Shown here: positions 1 to 8,234 of the stretch, in pieces
Layout of the letters: each line of letters opens with the position of its first letter
Numbering within the stretch: the stretch's first letter is position 1
Origin: a virus
Virus record (IMG/VR): IMGVR_UViG_3300045118_000377
Location: 1 to 64,000 of that record
Direction: 5' to 3' (one strand)
DNA: 64,000 nt
The notes under the pieces: model-generated
Seen by the model: only the letters and a program-made list of their open reading frames with translations
What the model was told of the DNA's origin: nothing
Databases searched by the model: none
Position numbers and translations under genes: made by a program

Positions 1-1080
1 GTTGGCCGACGGCTTGACCTTCCAGCAGACGGCAGGACGGTCGGGGTCTCCCTGGAAGTTGAGGCTGCGCTCGCCCAGGGGCTTGTCTCGCCTGTAGATC
101 ACAAACCCCTCGTAGCCGTGCTCGTCAAGCTGGGCCATGGCGTCTTCGTAGCTGCCTTCGAACGCCACGATCCCCATGATGTTGTCGCAGTCCATGAACC
201 CGACCTGCTGCCCGGCGGGCAGGACGGGGTCCTCCCAGCCCTCGTGAAGGGCCTCGATGAACTCGATCCAGGAGCTGCAGTTGCTCGAGAACTCCATCCG
301 CGCCCCCTTCCAGTAGGGGTTGCGGTAGACGTACGCCTGGACGAGGCCTAGCTGCTTCTGCTTGCGCAGCGCCTCCTCCGGCAGGCTGTTGGCGATCTGC
401 TGCATCATGCTGAAGTCCTTCTTGCCGCGGCCGTTGCCCATGAAGAACTCGGCGAGGAAGATCGACTCCGGCGGTAGAAGCGCGTCGAACTCCTCGACCA
501 GGTGTGGGAACTGGTCGTTGCAGACCTTCATCTTGCCGCGGCTCTGGATCCAGACCTTGTCGTGCTTGTCCTTGCTCACGACGTAGCCCATGCCGTTGAC
601 CTTGATCGTCCAGACGATCTTGGGACCTCCGATGATCTCCGCCTCCTCCGCCAGCATGTTGAGCAGGATGCCGTGGTCGATGGAGTTCACGGGCTTGGAG
701 AAGCACAGGTTCTGCGGAAGCGGCCCGTCGAAGTTCACCTCTTGGCCAGTCTGGTACTTGGAGATCTCGGCCTCGGCGCTGGCCTTCATCCAGCCGCTGA
801 GCTCGTTCAAGAGCTTGTAGCCCTCGCGGGCCTTCTTGCTGATGTCCCGGATGACCTGGTCCCTGGCCGACTGCTTGGCATCGACGTAGCCCTTGGTGCC
901 GGGCTTGCCCTTCGGGCCTGGCGTGTCGCGGGTCTCCCGCATCTTGCCGTTCTGCACGCCCCACTGGGTCACGACCTCTTCGCCCTCGACCCATGAGCGC
1001 CAGATCCTCCATCCATCCTTCCCTTGTTGTCTCATTTCTATGAAACAACTTTTTGGATCACTCATCTTATGTTTGGTCAT
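1..1080 (-). CDS. ATP-dependent DNA ligase with N-terminal WGR-like domain (partial, runs off the left edge)
   Basis: Not in the ORF track because it has no stop in the window. My translation from ATG 1080 reads MTKHKMSDPK...WRIWRSWVEGEEVVTQWGVQNGK (WGR-like), then nucleotidyltransferase motifs I TIKVNG, III FLAEFF, IV GYEGFVIY and V CWKVKP. Confidence 0.8.
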   Translation of the reverse strand, partial: MTKHKMSDPKSCFIEMRQQGKDGWRIWRSWVEGEEVVTQWGVQNGKMRETRDTPGPKGKPGTKGYVDAKQSARDQVIRDISKKAREGYKLLNELSGWMKASAEAEISKYQTGQEVNFDGPLPQNLCFSKPVNSIDHGILLNMLAEEAEIIGGPKIVWTIKVNGMGYVVSKDKHDKVWIQSRGKMKVCNDQFPHLVEEFDALLPPESIFLAEFFMGNGRGKKDFSMMQQIANSLPEEALRKQKQLGLVQAYVYRNPYWKGARMEFSSNCSSWIEFIEALHEGWEDPVLPAGQQVGFMDCDNIMGIVAFEGSYEDAMAQLDEHGYEGFVIYRRDKPLGERSLNFQGDPDRPAVCWKVKPSAN

Positions 1081-1600
1081 CTGATCCTTCTCCTGGGAGA
1101 TTGAGCGCGGCGAAAGCTCCATATAACTCACGCGCAGCAGCATCATAAGCTTTTGCTGCAGCAAGCTCGTCCTCGAATAGTCCGAGGTATCTGGGTGTCG
1201 GTGCTGTGATCTGAGCCGCCCATTTGCGTGCTGCTTTGTGCCAGTACACGCCGTGGAATCTAGATGATCCTACCCGTTTGTGGATCCTGTTACGCTGATT
1301 TTGTGTGTGGGTAGCTGCTCTGAGATTCTGCCTCTGATTGTTCAAACCGTCCCCATCCTTGTGATCCACTTGGTCGACTTGACCAAGTAGAGCGCGATGC
1401 ATGTAGACCGTCTTCCTGGATCCATTCACATCCTTGGTTGCTGTGCGCACAGCATACCAAGTAGACCTTCCACGAACAGCGCGCCATTTGTAGTTGATCA
1501 ATTTATCGTAGTCTTCATCATTCACAAGAGCGACCTGTCCTTGTGTCAGGGGAATCTTTCGCACAGGTTCTCCTTTCACGAAGTCAACTTCTGGTTTCAT
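1067..1600 (-). CDS. HNH-AP2 homing-type endonuclease
   Basis: IPLTQGQVALV...VYMHR...VDHKDGDGLNNQRQNLR (HNH) followed by SRFHGVYWHK...KWAAQI...YLGLF...AAKAYDAAARELYGAFAALN (AP2). AT-richer than its flanks. Start placed at ATG 1600, just after a -10 box. Confidence 0.9.
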   Translation of the reverse strand: MKPEVDFVKGEPVRKIPLTQGQVALVNDEDYDKLINYKWRAVRGRSTWYAVRTATKDVNGSRKTVYMHRALLGQVDQVDHKDGDGLNNQRQNLRAATHTQNQRNRIHKRVGSSRFHGVYWHKAARKWAAQITAPTPRYLGLFEDELAAAKAYDAAARELYGAFAALNLPGEGSDDQT

Positions 1601-1606
1601 GAAGTC

Positions 1607-1636
1607 CTTATACCCGTGCCCGGCAGGTTCTTGCAA
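1607..1636 (-). promoter_or_regulatory. sigma70-like promoter TTGCAA-N18-TATAAG, probably giving a leaderless HNH-AP2 mRNA
   Basis: Reverse complement of 1607-1636. ATG lies 6 nt after the -10 box and there is no SD. Confidence 0.6.
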
Positions 1637-1653
1637 TCCGATCTTCAAGCTAA

Positions 1654-1677
1654 GAAGAGCGCGTAGTGCTGCTCTTC
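1654..1677 (-). terminator. Hairpin terminator after ORF 1687-2037
   Basis: GAAGAGC...GCTCTTC stem followed by TTAGCTT on the minus strand. Confidence 0.45.
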
Positions 1678-1686
1678 GTCCGGGCG

Positions 1687-2037
1687 CTACAGCTCATAGC
1701 CATATCCCTGCGGCGGGTCCTCGTAGAAACACTCAACGATCTCTTCTACAGCCACTGGGATACCACTTCGCTTGTGCCGATCGCAGCAGTACTGCCATCG
1801 CTTGTACGCGCGCGCGATGCGCGCGTACCACACGTCGAAGTCCGGGTGGGTGTCAGCGTACGCGCCACCCGCGGCCGCGAACCCCAGCTCCTGCAACTCT
1901 CCCATCTCTAGGGGAACGTTCCTCATGAGGAACGTTCCGATGGCGGCCAAGATCTCCATCTGGCCGCGGTTGCTCGCTTGCTTGGCGATCTCCTGGAAGA
2001 ACCGTTTGACTGGGTCGGCATTCCTCTTCTTAGCCAT
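1687..2037 (-). CDS. Hypothetical protein (116 aa)
   Basis: Clean ORF with an AAGGAG SD and its own upstream promoter motif. Confidence 0.75.
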   Translation of the reverse strand: MAKKRNADPVKRFFQEIAKQASNRGQMEILAAIGTFLMRNVPLEMGELQELGFAAAGGAYADTHPDFDVWYARIARAYKRWQYCCDRHKRSGIPVAVEEIVECFYEDPPQGYGYEL

Positions 2038-2064
2038 AAACGATCTCCTTTCTTGGTTACTGAT

Positions 2065-2094
2065 CTTATCCCCTACGGGTGATCGGTTTTGCAG
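2065..2094 (-). promoter_or_regulatory. Repeated phage promoter motif CTGCAA-N18-GATAAG
   Basis: Near-duplicate at 14113-14148. Same architecture at 6543-6572 and 15262-15302. Confidence 0.65.
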
Positions 2095-2096
2095 CT

Positions 2097-2119
2097 AAAA
2101 AGAGCCCGTTGCGGGCTCT
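2097..2119 (-). terminator. Intrinsic terminator closing the RAMP/array operon
   Basis: Minus strand reads AGAGCCCG-CAA-CGGGCTCT-TTTT. Confidence 0.8.
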
Positions 2120-2120
2120 A

Positions 2121-3596
2121 GTACAGGTAGGTTGGGTGACCAGTGCTGGTCGGCGCGATCGATTTCGTCGATCGGCCAGCAGCGTATCGCGCGAGCGGGT
2201 TACAGCTTGTCAGCCGGCGCGGGAAGGCGTGGCCATCGTCGCGACTGGACCAGTCTCGTCAGATGACACGACCCGAGGCGTACTGATCCTGCTTGTCACC
2301 AGACTTGGATCACGTAGTGATGGCTCGTCTGGTGGAAGGCGCAGAGCGGCATCGGCCCGCATTGTCATTCGGCTTGCGGATCGAAAGGGCAGCTCCGGGG
2401 TAGGGTTGTCGCCGGGCTTGCAGAGTCCGGTAGGGGCGCAGCTTGTCAGCTGTTGTGTTGGGACGGCCGTACTGTCACGCGAACTGTCTGAGGAGAGGCC
2501 GTCACTCGGTAGGGTGGTCCAGGGAAAGCATCGGCATGTCACATGCCGCGATCCGAGAGGTCGTGAGTGGTGCTAGCTTGTCACTTGACAAGGATCGTCG
2601 CGCGATGAGTGGACTCGTCGTTCGTAGCGAGAAGGATGAGTACGGTCTGGTGCGAAACGTCGCTCGGCAGGGGTGACCGGGAGGCAGGGTTGCCAGAGCT
2701 TGTCGAATGAGCGAACTGCGTGGAGTTGGGTTGCGATGTCTCGGGGCAGGGATGGGTTCCCGCACGATCTGGACGCGGTGCAGCTTGTCAGCTGGATCGT
2801 TAGGGCTGGTACGTCACTTGGCAAGAGCTCGTCGATTGCGATGGCTCGAGCCGAATGATCGCGTAGGGACAAGAGTCGGCTCGTCGCTGGGCCTGAGTGG
2901 AGCGCCGAGACCGGTGAAGGGTAGTCGTGCGGATAGGACAGTCTTTGAACGTCGGCAGGCCAGATCCGAGCAGACTGGTCTTGTCGCTCGACGCGTCACG
3001 GTGCGGCATGCAAAGCCACGTCATTTGCAGTGTGCAGCGAGGAGAAGCGATCCGTCGATCGACTAGGTCAGGGAGACGTGTCATCGGGGTCAGCAGGCCA
3101 CGAGAAAGCTCGTCGCACGGGCAGATACGGTACATGAAGACGCAGCTGGACTCGTCGACCGCGGCGGGAAGGCTTGCCCGAAAGGACAAGGCAGTAGGCT
3201 CGGGTAGTCATCTGACCTGGTATGCTCAATGAGGTCGCATGCAGCGACCCGCTTCGATCACGACTCGACTCGTCACATGGCCCGCAACGCCAAGGGTCGC
3301 TATGCACAAGCTCGTCGCGCGGTAGAGAAAGGTTCAAGCTGATCCAACACGTCCGCTGTCGAGGGTTGGCGAACCTAGTCCCGTGATACGGCTTGTGATG
3401 TCACGCTCAGACATGGCTCGTCGTGCGGCTCACGTCGATCTCGCGTGGACCAGTCGCAGGAATTGGTGGGGAGCGATGCAACTGATCTTGGCGGCGGGTA
3501 GTCGGCAGAATCGATCGGTCCAAGGAGGAATAGTCGGTGGTTGCGAGAAGAGCGGGAGGGTCGCTGGTACTGAGATCGTTAGAGGTTCGGCTTGTC
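2121..3596 (-). ncRNA. 5-nt-periodic array of about 40 non-identical units, GA(CNNNN)n; putative guide-RNA array
   Basis: Plus-strand units are (NNNNG)nTC, e.g. 2330-2366 tggtG gaagG cgcaG agcgG catcG gcccG cattG tc; 2954-2985 ggcaG gccaG atccG agcaG actgG tcttG tc; 2986-3022; 2583-2619; 3536-3562. Common lengths are 27, 32, 37, 42 and 52 nt. Unit ends are often GCTTGTC or GCTCGTC. No credible CDS. The pattern is observed; RNA function is inferred. Confidence 0.75.
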
Positions 3597-3604
3597 TACC
3601 TGCC

Positions 3605-3862
3605 CTAGCGATCAGGTTCCTTCAGCGACTCTCCCCAGGTGAGAACCTCGGCTGGTAGGGCCGTGGCGCTCACGTCCCATTTGGCTCCTTCGTCCAACCG
3701 CGGCATGGCCAGCAGGAGGTCGGAGATACGATTCTCCACCACCCGCTGGCTGGGAATGTTCTCGCCCATCGGCGCTCGCACGTAGACCCGTATGCAGATG
3801 TCGTAGTGGCCGGCGTCCCCGACGTACCGTGCGGGGACATCACCATCAGGTCGGGTCTTCAT
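3605..3862 (-). CDS. Hypothetical protein (85 aa), last ORF before the array
   Basis: Overlaps the upstream ORF; stop codon lies 8 nt before the first array unit. Confidence 0.6.
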   Translation of the reverse strand: MKTRPDGDVPARYVGDAGHYDICIRVYVRAPMGENIPSQRVVENRISDLLLAMPRLDEGAKWDVSATALPAEVLTWGESLKEPDR

Positions 3863-4316
3863 GTGCCTTCTCCAGCTTTTTGGCAGCCTCCACCACCGCG
3901 TCCCAGGTGTTGCCTCCCTCTATGCCATTGGCGCTGATGGCCAACCACCAGCCACCAAACTCGCCCGCGCGGGGTTTGGAACACGTGCCGGCTCCGGTCA
4001 TGGTGAAGATCTGCGTCGGTCGGAAGCGGCGAAGGAACGCCTGGACGAACCAGATCAGGTGATTCTCATCGAACTGATCCTCCGCATACAGGTGCAGCCG
4101 TTTGTGCTTGGTGTCATTGTAGATAGACCACTCGAAGTTCGGCCAGTTGTCCAGCGCGTCGGGCTCGAGGTCGACCTCGAGCCCTAGGGCGTCGTAGACC
4201 TTCATCACCTCCTCATCGGTCTCGGTGGGCATCCGGAGGATCTCGTTGACCCACTTGTCTTCGCGCTTCTTGATCTTGTCGATGACTTCGCTGAATTGGG
4301 AATAGCTGTCAGCCAT
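3846..4316 (-). CDS. Hypothetical protein (156 aa)
   Basis: Coupled ORF with SD and genome-typical codon usage. Confidence 0.75.
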   Translation of the reverse strand: MADSYSQFSEVIDKIKKREDKWVNEILRMPTETDEEVMKVYDALGLEVDLEPDALDNWPNFEWSIYNDTKHKRLHLYAEDQFDENHLIWFVQAFLRRFRPTQIFTMTGAGTCSKPRAGEFGGWWLAISANGIEGGNTWDAVVEAAKKLEKAHEDPT

Positions 4317-4650
4317 CGGTCTTCTCCCTCTCTGGATGTCCGACCCAGCCGGCAGGGTCTTCCTGGGCGCAGTCGGAGAACGGGCAGGTCTCGTCCGGGC
4401 AGCGGCCGTCCTTCAAGGACGCCCCGCACCTGGCGCAATGGATCTCCTGCAGGAGTTTGATGTCGTCGTTGGTCGTGCCGTCCGGCATGTCGTGCAGACT
4501 GACCCACACCCACGCCTGGACGTAGAGCCCGTCGTCGGGCGGGTCGGCGATGGAGAACTTGGTCTCATCGTCGATCTCGATGTCGCCATCCTCTTGGTAC
4601 TTGGATCGAGCGACATCGATCACGGTCTGTTTCAGCTCGTCCTTGGTCAT
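4309..4650 (-). CDS. Hypothetical protein with C-terminal Cys cluster
   Basis: CARC...CPDETCPFSDC; ATGA overlap with the upstream gene. Confidence 0.7.
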   Translation of the reverse strand: MTKDELKQTVIDVARSKYQEDGDIEIDDETKFSIADPPDDGLYVQAWVWVSLHDMPDGTTNDDIKLLQEIHCARCGASLKDGRCPDETCPFSDCAQEDPAGWVGHPEREKTDG

Positions 4651-4862
4651 GACCTCCTCCTCCTCCGGAGTTTGCGCACATGGTGAATCACGTTGTCACG
4701 GGTGAACTCCATGTCCTCCTCGAGCAGCTCCATGATCTCGTTGTGCATTCGCTGTCGTCCCTCACGGAAGCCGCGCATGAAGGAGTCGGCATCGAAACGT
4801 CCCAACAGCTTCTCCACGCCCGTGAGGAAGTCCTGACGGCTCATGACTCTGGACTTGGGCAT
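4647..4862 (-). CDS. Hypothetical protein (71 aa)
   Basis: Coupled to the upstream gene by a TGATG overlap. Confidence 0.65.
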   Translation of the reverse strand: MPKSRVMSRQDFLTGVEKLLGRFDADSFMRGFREGRQRMHNEIMELLEEDMEFTRDNVIHHVRKLRRRRRS

Positions 4863-5137
4863 CAGTCGCTCTCCGGCTCGGGCTCCGGCCCCACGCGGTC
4901 GTAGGGCTCTTGGGACTCCTCCTCCTCCTCATCCTCGTCCACGTCCACGTTGCTCTTCAGGGTCGACTCGATGGAGTCGAGGTCGTAGCCCTGGCTGAGC
5001 AAGTAGTCGATCTGCGCGGTCGTGCCGGAGTTGTTGATGTCGGTCGCCTCATTCGACTTCATGTCGTGGACCTCGCCATCCAGCGCATCACTCAGGTGGT
5101 GCTTCTCGGCGTAGGCGATCAGCTGTTCGCGGGTCAT
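4862..5137 (-). CDS. Acidic hypothetical protein (91 aa)
   Basis: Coupled ORF with a D/E-rich C-terminus. Confidence 0.7.
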   Translation of the reverse strand: MTREQLIAYAEKHHLSDALDGEVHDMKSNEATDINNSGTTAQIDYLLSQGYDLDSIESTLKSNVDVDEDEEEEESQEPYDRVGPEPEPESD

Positions 5138-5376
5138 GTGCCCTCCTTCTCGTCGATGTCAGCGCGCGAGATGCGGTTGGGATTGAAGTAGACGTTGACG
5201 TAGACGATGTTCCTCCAGGTGCCGTCGGAGGCCGGCTCCATCTCGTGGATCTCTGGCAGGGCCGCCTGCAACGTCTTCAGAGCTTCGTCCTCGCTGTCGG
5301 CCTCGACCTCCGCGCAGAAGCCGACCGGCCCGTCATCCGAGTCTCCCAGGCTGAAGTGGTACCTAGCCTTCGGCAT
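5134..5376 (-). CDS. Hypothetical protein (80 aa)
   Basis: Coupled ORF with a VEADSEDEA motif. Confidence 0.7.
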   Translation of the reverse strand: MPKARYHFSLGDSDDGPVGFCAEVEADSEDEALKTLQAALPEIHEMEPASDGTWRNIVYVNVYFNPNRISRADIDEKEGT

Positions 5377-5602
5377 AGCTGCACCTGATATCGACCTCGT
5401 TGTCGTTCTCGTCGAACACCGGGCCGTCCCAGATGAACATCAGCGGCCGGCTATGCTCGTCGTCCACCGTGAACGGGTGGTCCTCCTGGTTGAGCCGGTT
5501 GCACTCCGGTGTGAAGATGGCGAGCAGCGCCTCGACGTTCGCAGCCTCGATGATGACCGAGCCGGGATGGCAGATGTCCCCCATCAGTCTGTACTTGGGC
5601 AT
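5363..5602 (-). CDS. Hypothetical protein (79 aa)
   Basis: Starts 3 nt after the RAMP gene stop. Confidence 0.7.
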   Translation of the reverse strand: MPKYRLMGDICHPGSVIIEAANVEALLAIFTPECNRLNQEDHPFTVDDEHSRPLMFIWDGPVFDENDNEVDIRCSYAEG

Positions 5603-5605
5603 GGG

Positions 5606-6460
5606 CTACTCCTCTGCCTCGGCATCCGCCTTCTTGCCCTTGCCGGCCGTGCGCGCCTTCTTCTCGTAGATCGGGGTCTCGACCTTGGCCGTCTGCTTCA
5701 TGCCCACGATCTCCACGCGCCCGAAGCCCTGGCTGCGGCTCGCGCCCCACCCGTTGTCCTGGCAGAGGGTGAGGAAGAAGACGAGGTCCTTCTCGCTGAC
5801 CTTCACGGTGTTGCCGGATGCCGCGCGCCGGAGCTCGAACTTGAACTCGGCACCGGGGGCCACGTACTCGTGGATCTTGATGGTGGAGCGCGGACCCTGC
5901 GGGCCGGTGATGTGGGCGACCATGGTCTCGGTGCCATCGGGCCCCTTCAGGATCTTGCCGTCGCGGTAGAAGAAGATGGCGTCGGGGTGATCGATGCCGC
6001 GGGCGAACATCGCGTGCTGGATGACCTGCTTGGAACCCCAGTCGCTGACGGTCTTGCCCAGGGTCGTGGCAGCCTCACGCAATCCGGCCTTGATCTGCCT
6101 GCTCTCCACGAAGATGGCCCCGCGGAAGGGCTCGAGCGTCGGGTCCTGCGCGATGCGGTCGTCGTCCACGACCTTGAACACGCACGTGCTCTTGTCGCTG
6201 GCGGCCTCGGTCTCGACCGCCGGGTCCTTGGTGGCGGCCTCCGCGATGCGAGCCTTGGCGGCGTCCACCACCTCCTGGGTGACCAGCCCCTTGCGGGCGC
6301 GGGCCTCGAGCATGGCGAGCTCGGCCTCGGCGTTCTTGGGCCAGCCGGCGAGCATCTTGTTCGCCGTCTGGCAGGTGATGACCCACTTCTCGTAGAGCTG
6401 GTCGGCCCCGTACTTCTTCATGAGCTCCTGGAAGCTGTTGACTGGTCCGGTCTTGTCCAT
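5606..6460 (-). CDS. Solo Cas7/Csm3-like RAMP-superfamily protein (284 aa)
   Basis: IFVESRQIKAGLREAA resembles the group-7 RAMP 'iPgSslKGalR' segment. HEYVAPGAEFKFEL matches 'E.v..g..f.f.l'. C-terminal Gly-rich loop GWGASRSQGFGRVEI. AAGGAG SD. No other cas genes in the window. Confidence 0.8.
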   Translation of the reverse strand: MDKTGPVNSFQELMKKYGADQLYEKWVITCQTANKMLAGWPKNAEAELAMLEARARKGLVTQEVVDAAKARIAEAATKDPAVETEAASDKSTCVFKVVDDDRIAQDPTLEPFRGAIFVESRQIKAGLREAATTLGKTVSDWGSKQVIQHAMFARGIDHPDAIFFYRDGKILKGPDGTETMVAHITGPQGPRSTIKIHEYVAPGAEFKFELRRAASGNTVKVSEKDLVFFLTLCQDNGWGASRSQGFGRVEIVGMKQTAKVETPIYEKKARTAGKGKKADAEAEE

Positions 6461-6510
6461 GACACACTCCTTGTTGTGCGACCTCAGTCGCTGAATGGGG
6501 ATCTGAAGGA

Positions 6511-6572
6511 CTTATATCAACGATCCGAGTGGAATTCGTAGCCCGAAAGGACTGCGATTTCCTTGGGATAAG
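6511..6572. promoter_or_regulatory. Divergent promoter pair
   Basis: Minus strand TACGAA-N18-TATAAG (6540-6511) faces the RAMP operon. Plus strand CCGAAA-N18-GATAAG (6543-6572) faces the small-ORF cluster. Confidence 0.55.
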
Positions 6573-6591
6573 AAACTACAAGGAGGTCAAC

Positions 6592-6807
6592 ATGGCTTTG
6601 ATCGAGATCTTCGTGGGCATGCCGTTGGACAACTTCCAGCGCCTGGCCAAGACCGACAAGAAGGCGGCCGCGGTCGCGTTGAAGGACGAGCTCAAATCGT
6701 TCAACGCCTACCTCGAGAGTCAGCGGATGGATCCGATGGGGCGCATCGAGGAGTCGATCGTCCGCGAGTACATCGGCTGGAAGCTGATGGAGCGAAAGGA
6801 TGGCTGA
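6592..6807 (+). CDS. Hypothetical protein
   Basis: AAGGAGG SD before ATG 6592. Confidence 0.7.
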   Translation: MALIEIFVGMPLDNFQRLAKTDKKAAAVALKDELKSFNAYLESQRMDPMGRIEESIVREYIGWKLMERKDG

Positions 6808-7027
6808 TCCACGATGGGTACTGGGAAACTCTCTGCGCGATCTGGAAAGCGACATCAACGATTGCGAACGGATCGTCGCCAACGGCGGACGTCCAAGCTA
6901 CGACCTGCTGGGGACGCTTCGGGTCAATCTCGAGGTGTCCGAGGGCAATCTGAACGTGGCGACATCCAGTCAAGCGATCCAGTTCGACGAGCTTCAAAAG
7001 CGCGCCAGGCAGATCCTAAAGAAATAG
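6800..7027 (+). CDS. Hypothetical protein
   Basis: Coupled ORF. Confidence 0.65.
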   Translation: MADPRWVLGNSLRDLESDINDCERIVANGGRPSYDLLGTLRVNLEVSEGNLNVATSSQAIQFDELQKRARQILKK

Positions 7028-7035
7028 ACCTGGTG

Positions 7036-7188
7036 ATGAAGATCGCTCCCGATGGCTGGTTCGACGCGCGTGACATCGGCGTGCCGAAGACCAGGCTCAT
7101 CGAGCTGGCCAAGGCCCACCCCGACATGCTCGAGTCCCATCGGGACCAGGCCAACATCTACTTCAAGGTGAGACGATGCCGAGACTGA
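7036..7188 (+). CDS. Small hypothetical protein
   Basis: 3' part of ORF 6814-7188 (MKIAPDGW...); fills the gap between neighbours. Confidence 0.5.
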   Translation: MKIAPDGWFDARDIGVPKTRLIELAKAHPDMLESHRDQANIYFKVRRCRD

Positions 7189-7496
7189 AGAAGTTCAGCC
7201 GCAAGCGACTGATGGAAGTGCTACAACGCCTTGATCGTTTCAGGGTGTTCGCCAACGTCAACGTCATCGCTCGGGAGAGTGAGAACTCGCCGCCCATGGT
7301 GGAGATGGAGCTGCAGAAGCTCGTGCAGGAGGAGAAGGCCGTTGCCATCAAGATCGCAGCCTACCATCCAGAGACCGGTGAGCTGGGTGAGGAGACCTGT
7401 TATCGACTTGGCGTGCCGGTCAAGCCGAGGATGTCGGACATCTACATGCGGATCATAGATGAAGAGGACGCCAAGAAGAGGAAGAGGAGACGCTGA
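7176..7496 (+). CDS. Hypothetical protein
   Basis: Coupled ORF. Confidence 0.65.
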   Translation: MPRLKKFSRKRLMEVLQRLDRFRVFANVNVIARESENSPPMVEMELQKLVQEEKAVAIKIAAYHPETGELGEETCYRLGVPVKPRMSDIYMRIIDEEDAKKRKRRR

Positions 7497-7678
7497 TGGC
7501 GCGGATGAGCAGAAAGAAGATGGTCGAGCGGATCATTGAGGGGCACGTGGAGGAGATCAGCGAGTGGGCGCTGAGAGACCTGGACTCCTTGCGTGCCTGG
7601 CTCACAGAGGTCCTCGGTCTCAGGGCCATGGACGTCCGCACTTTGCAGGAGGAGTTCGGCTCCTACTTGGAGGAGTGA
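7496..7678 (+). CDS. Hypothetical protein (60 aa)
   Basis: TGATG coupling at both ends. Confidence 0.65.
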   Translation: MARMSRKKMVERIIEGHVEEISEWALRDLDSLRAWLTEVLGLRAMDVRTLQEEFGSYLEE

Positions 7679-8031
7679 TGCACTCGTCGCCGCGTCAGGG
7701 AACAGGCAAGGGCTGGTTGCGCGAGTGGGAAGACGAACAAGAGCTCACCAGGGAAGAGCAGAAGGAAGCCGACAGGCTGAAGCGGATAGAGGACGCGCAG
7801 ACAGCTCAGATCCTCGAGGACATCCGCATGATCCGATTGGAGGAAGAGCACCAGGAGGAGAAGCGCAAGAGCGACCTGCTCTCCGCCAAGGGGTACTTGA
7901 AGGACTGCGGCTGGTCGGACGCCGCGATCTGGGCGCTCTCGGACGACGAGGTGCTGGAGGCGGCCGAGACCGAAGCCGTGTACGCGGAGGAGGTCTACGA
8001 CTTCTACGGCGATGAGGGAGACCCCCGATGA
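7678..8031 (+). CDS. Acidic coiled-coil hypothetical protein
   Basis: GGAGGAG SD; TGATG overlap. Confidence 0.65.
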   Translation: MHSSPRQGTGKGWLREWEDEQELTREEQKEADRLKRIEDAQTAQILEDIRMIRLEEEHQEEKRKSDLLSAKGYLKDCGWSDAAIWALSDDEVLEAAETEAVYAEEVYDFYGDEGDPR

Positions 8032-8234
8032 CCGTCAAGGAGATCTTAGAAATCGTGGGTCGCAAGAGGGACGGAGACCCGGTGAGAGCGGCAGCGGCCG
8101 TTGCCGACTTCTGTCGCTTTCGACTCGGCCTGAACTACCGCCAGACGTTTGAGATCGTTCAACGTGTTCTGCCGGACATGTCGATGCCTGAGTGGGACGC
8201 GCTGCTCTACGAAGCCGATTGGGAGGGACCATGA
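8028..8234 (+). CDS. Hypothetical protein
   Basis: ATGA overlap. Confidence 0.65.
   Translation: MTVKEILEIVGRKRDGDPVRAAAAVADFCRFRLGLNYRQTFEIVQRVLPDMSMPEWDALLYEADWEGP

Noticed and set aside
125-1048. 307 aa minus-strand ORF from the track
   Set aside because: Shadow frame; the ligase motifs are in the frame starting at 1080.
2121-3596. Canonical CRISPR array or TIGR array
   Set aside because: No identical 23-47 nt repeats or fixed-length units, no box C/D-like motifs recognised, and the adjacent protein is RAMP-like rather than Nop-domain.
2079-3658. Many short overlapping ORFs on both strands across the array
   Set aside because: Arg/Ser-rich, no SD, no genome-like codon bias, and period-5 structure does not fit a coding signal.
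5207-6541. 444 aa plus-strand ORF
   Set aside because: Antisense shadow of the RAMP operon, typical of high-GC DNA.
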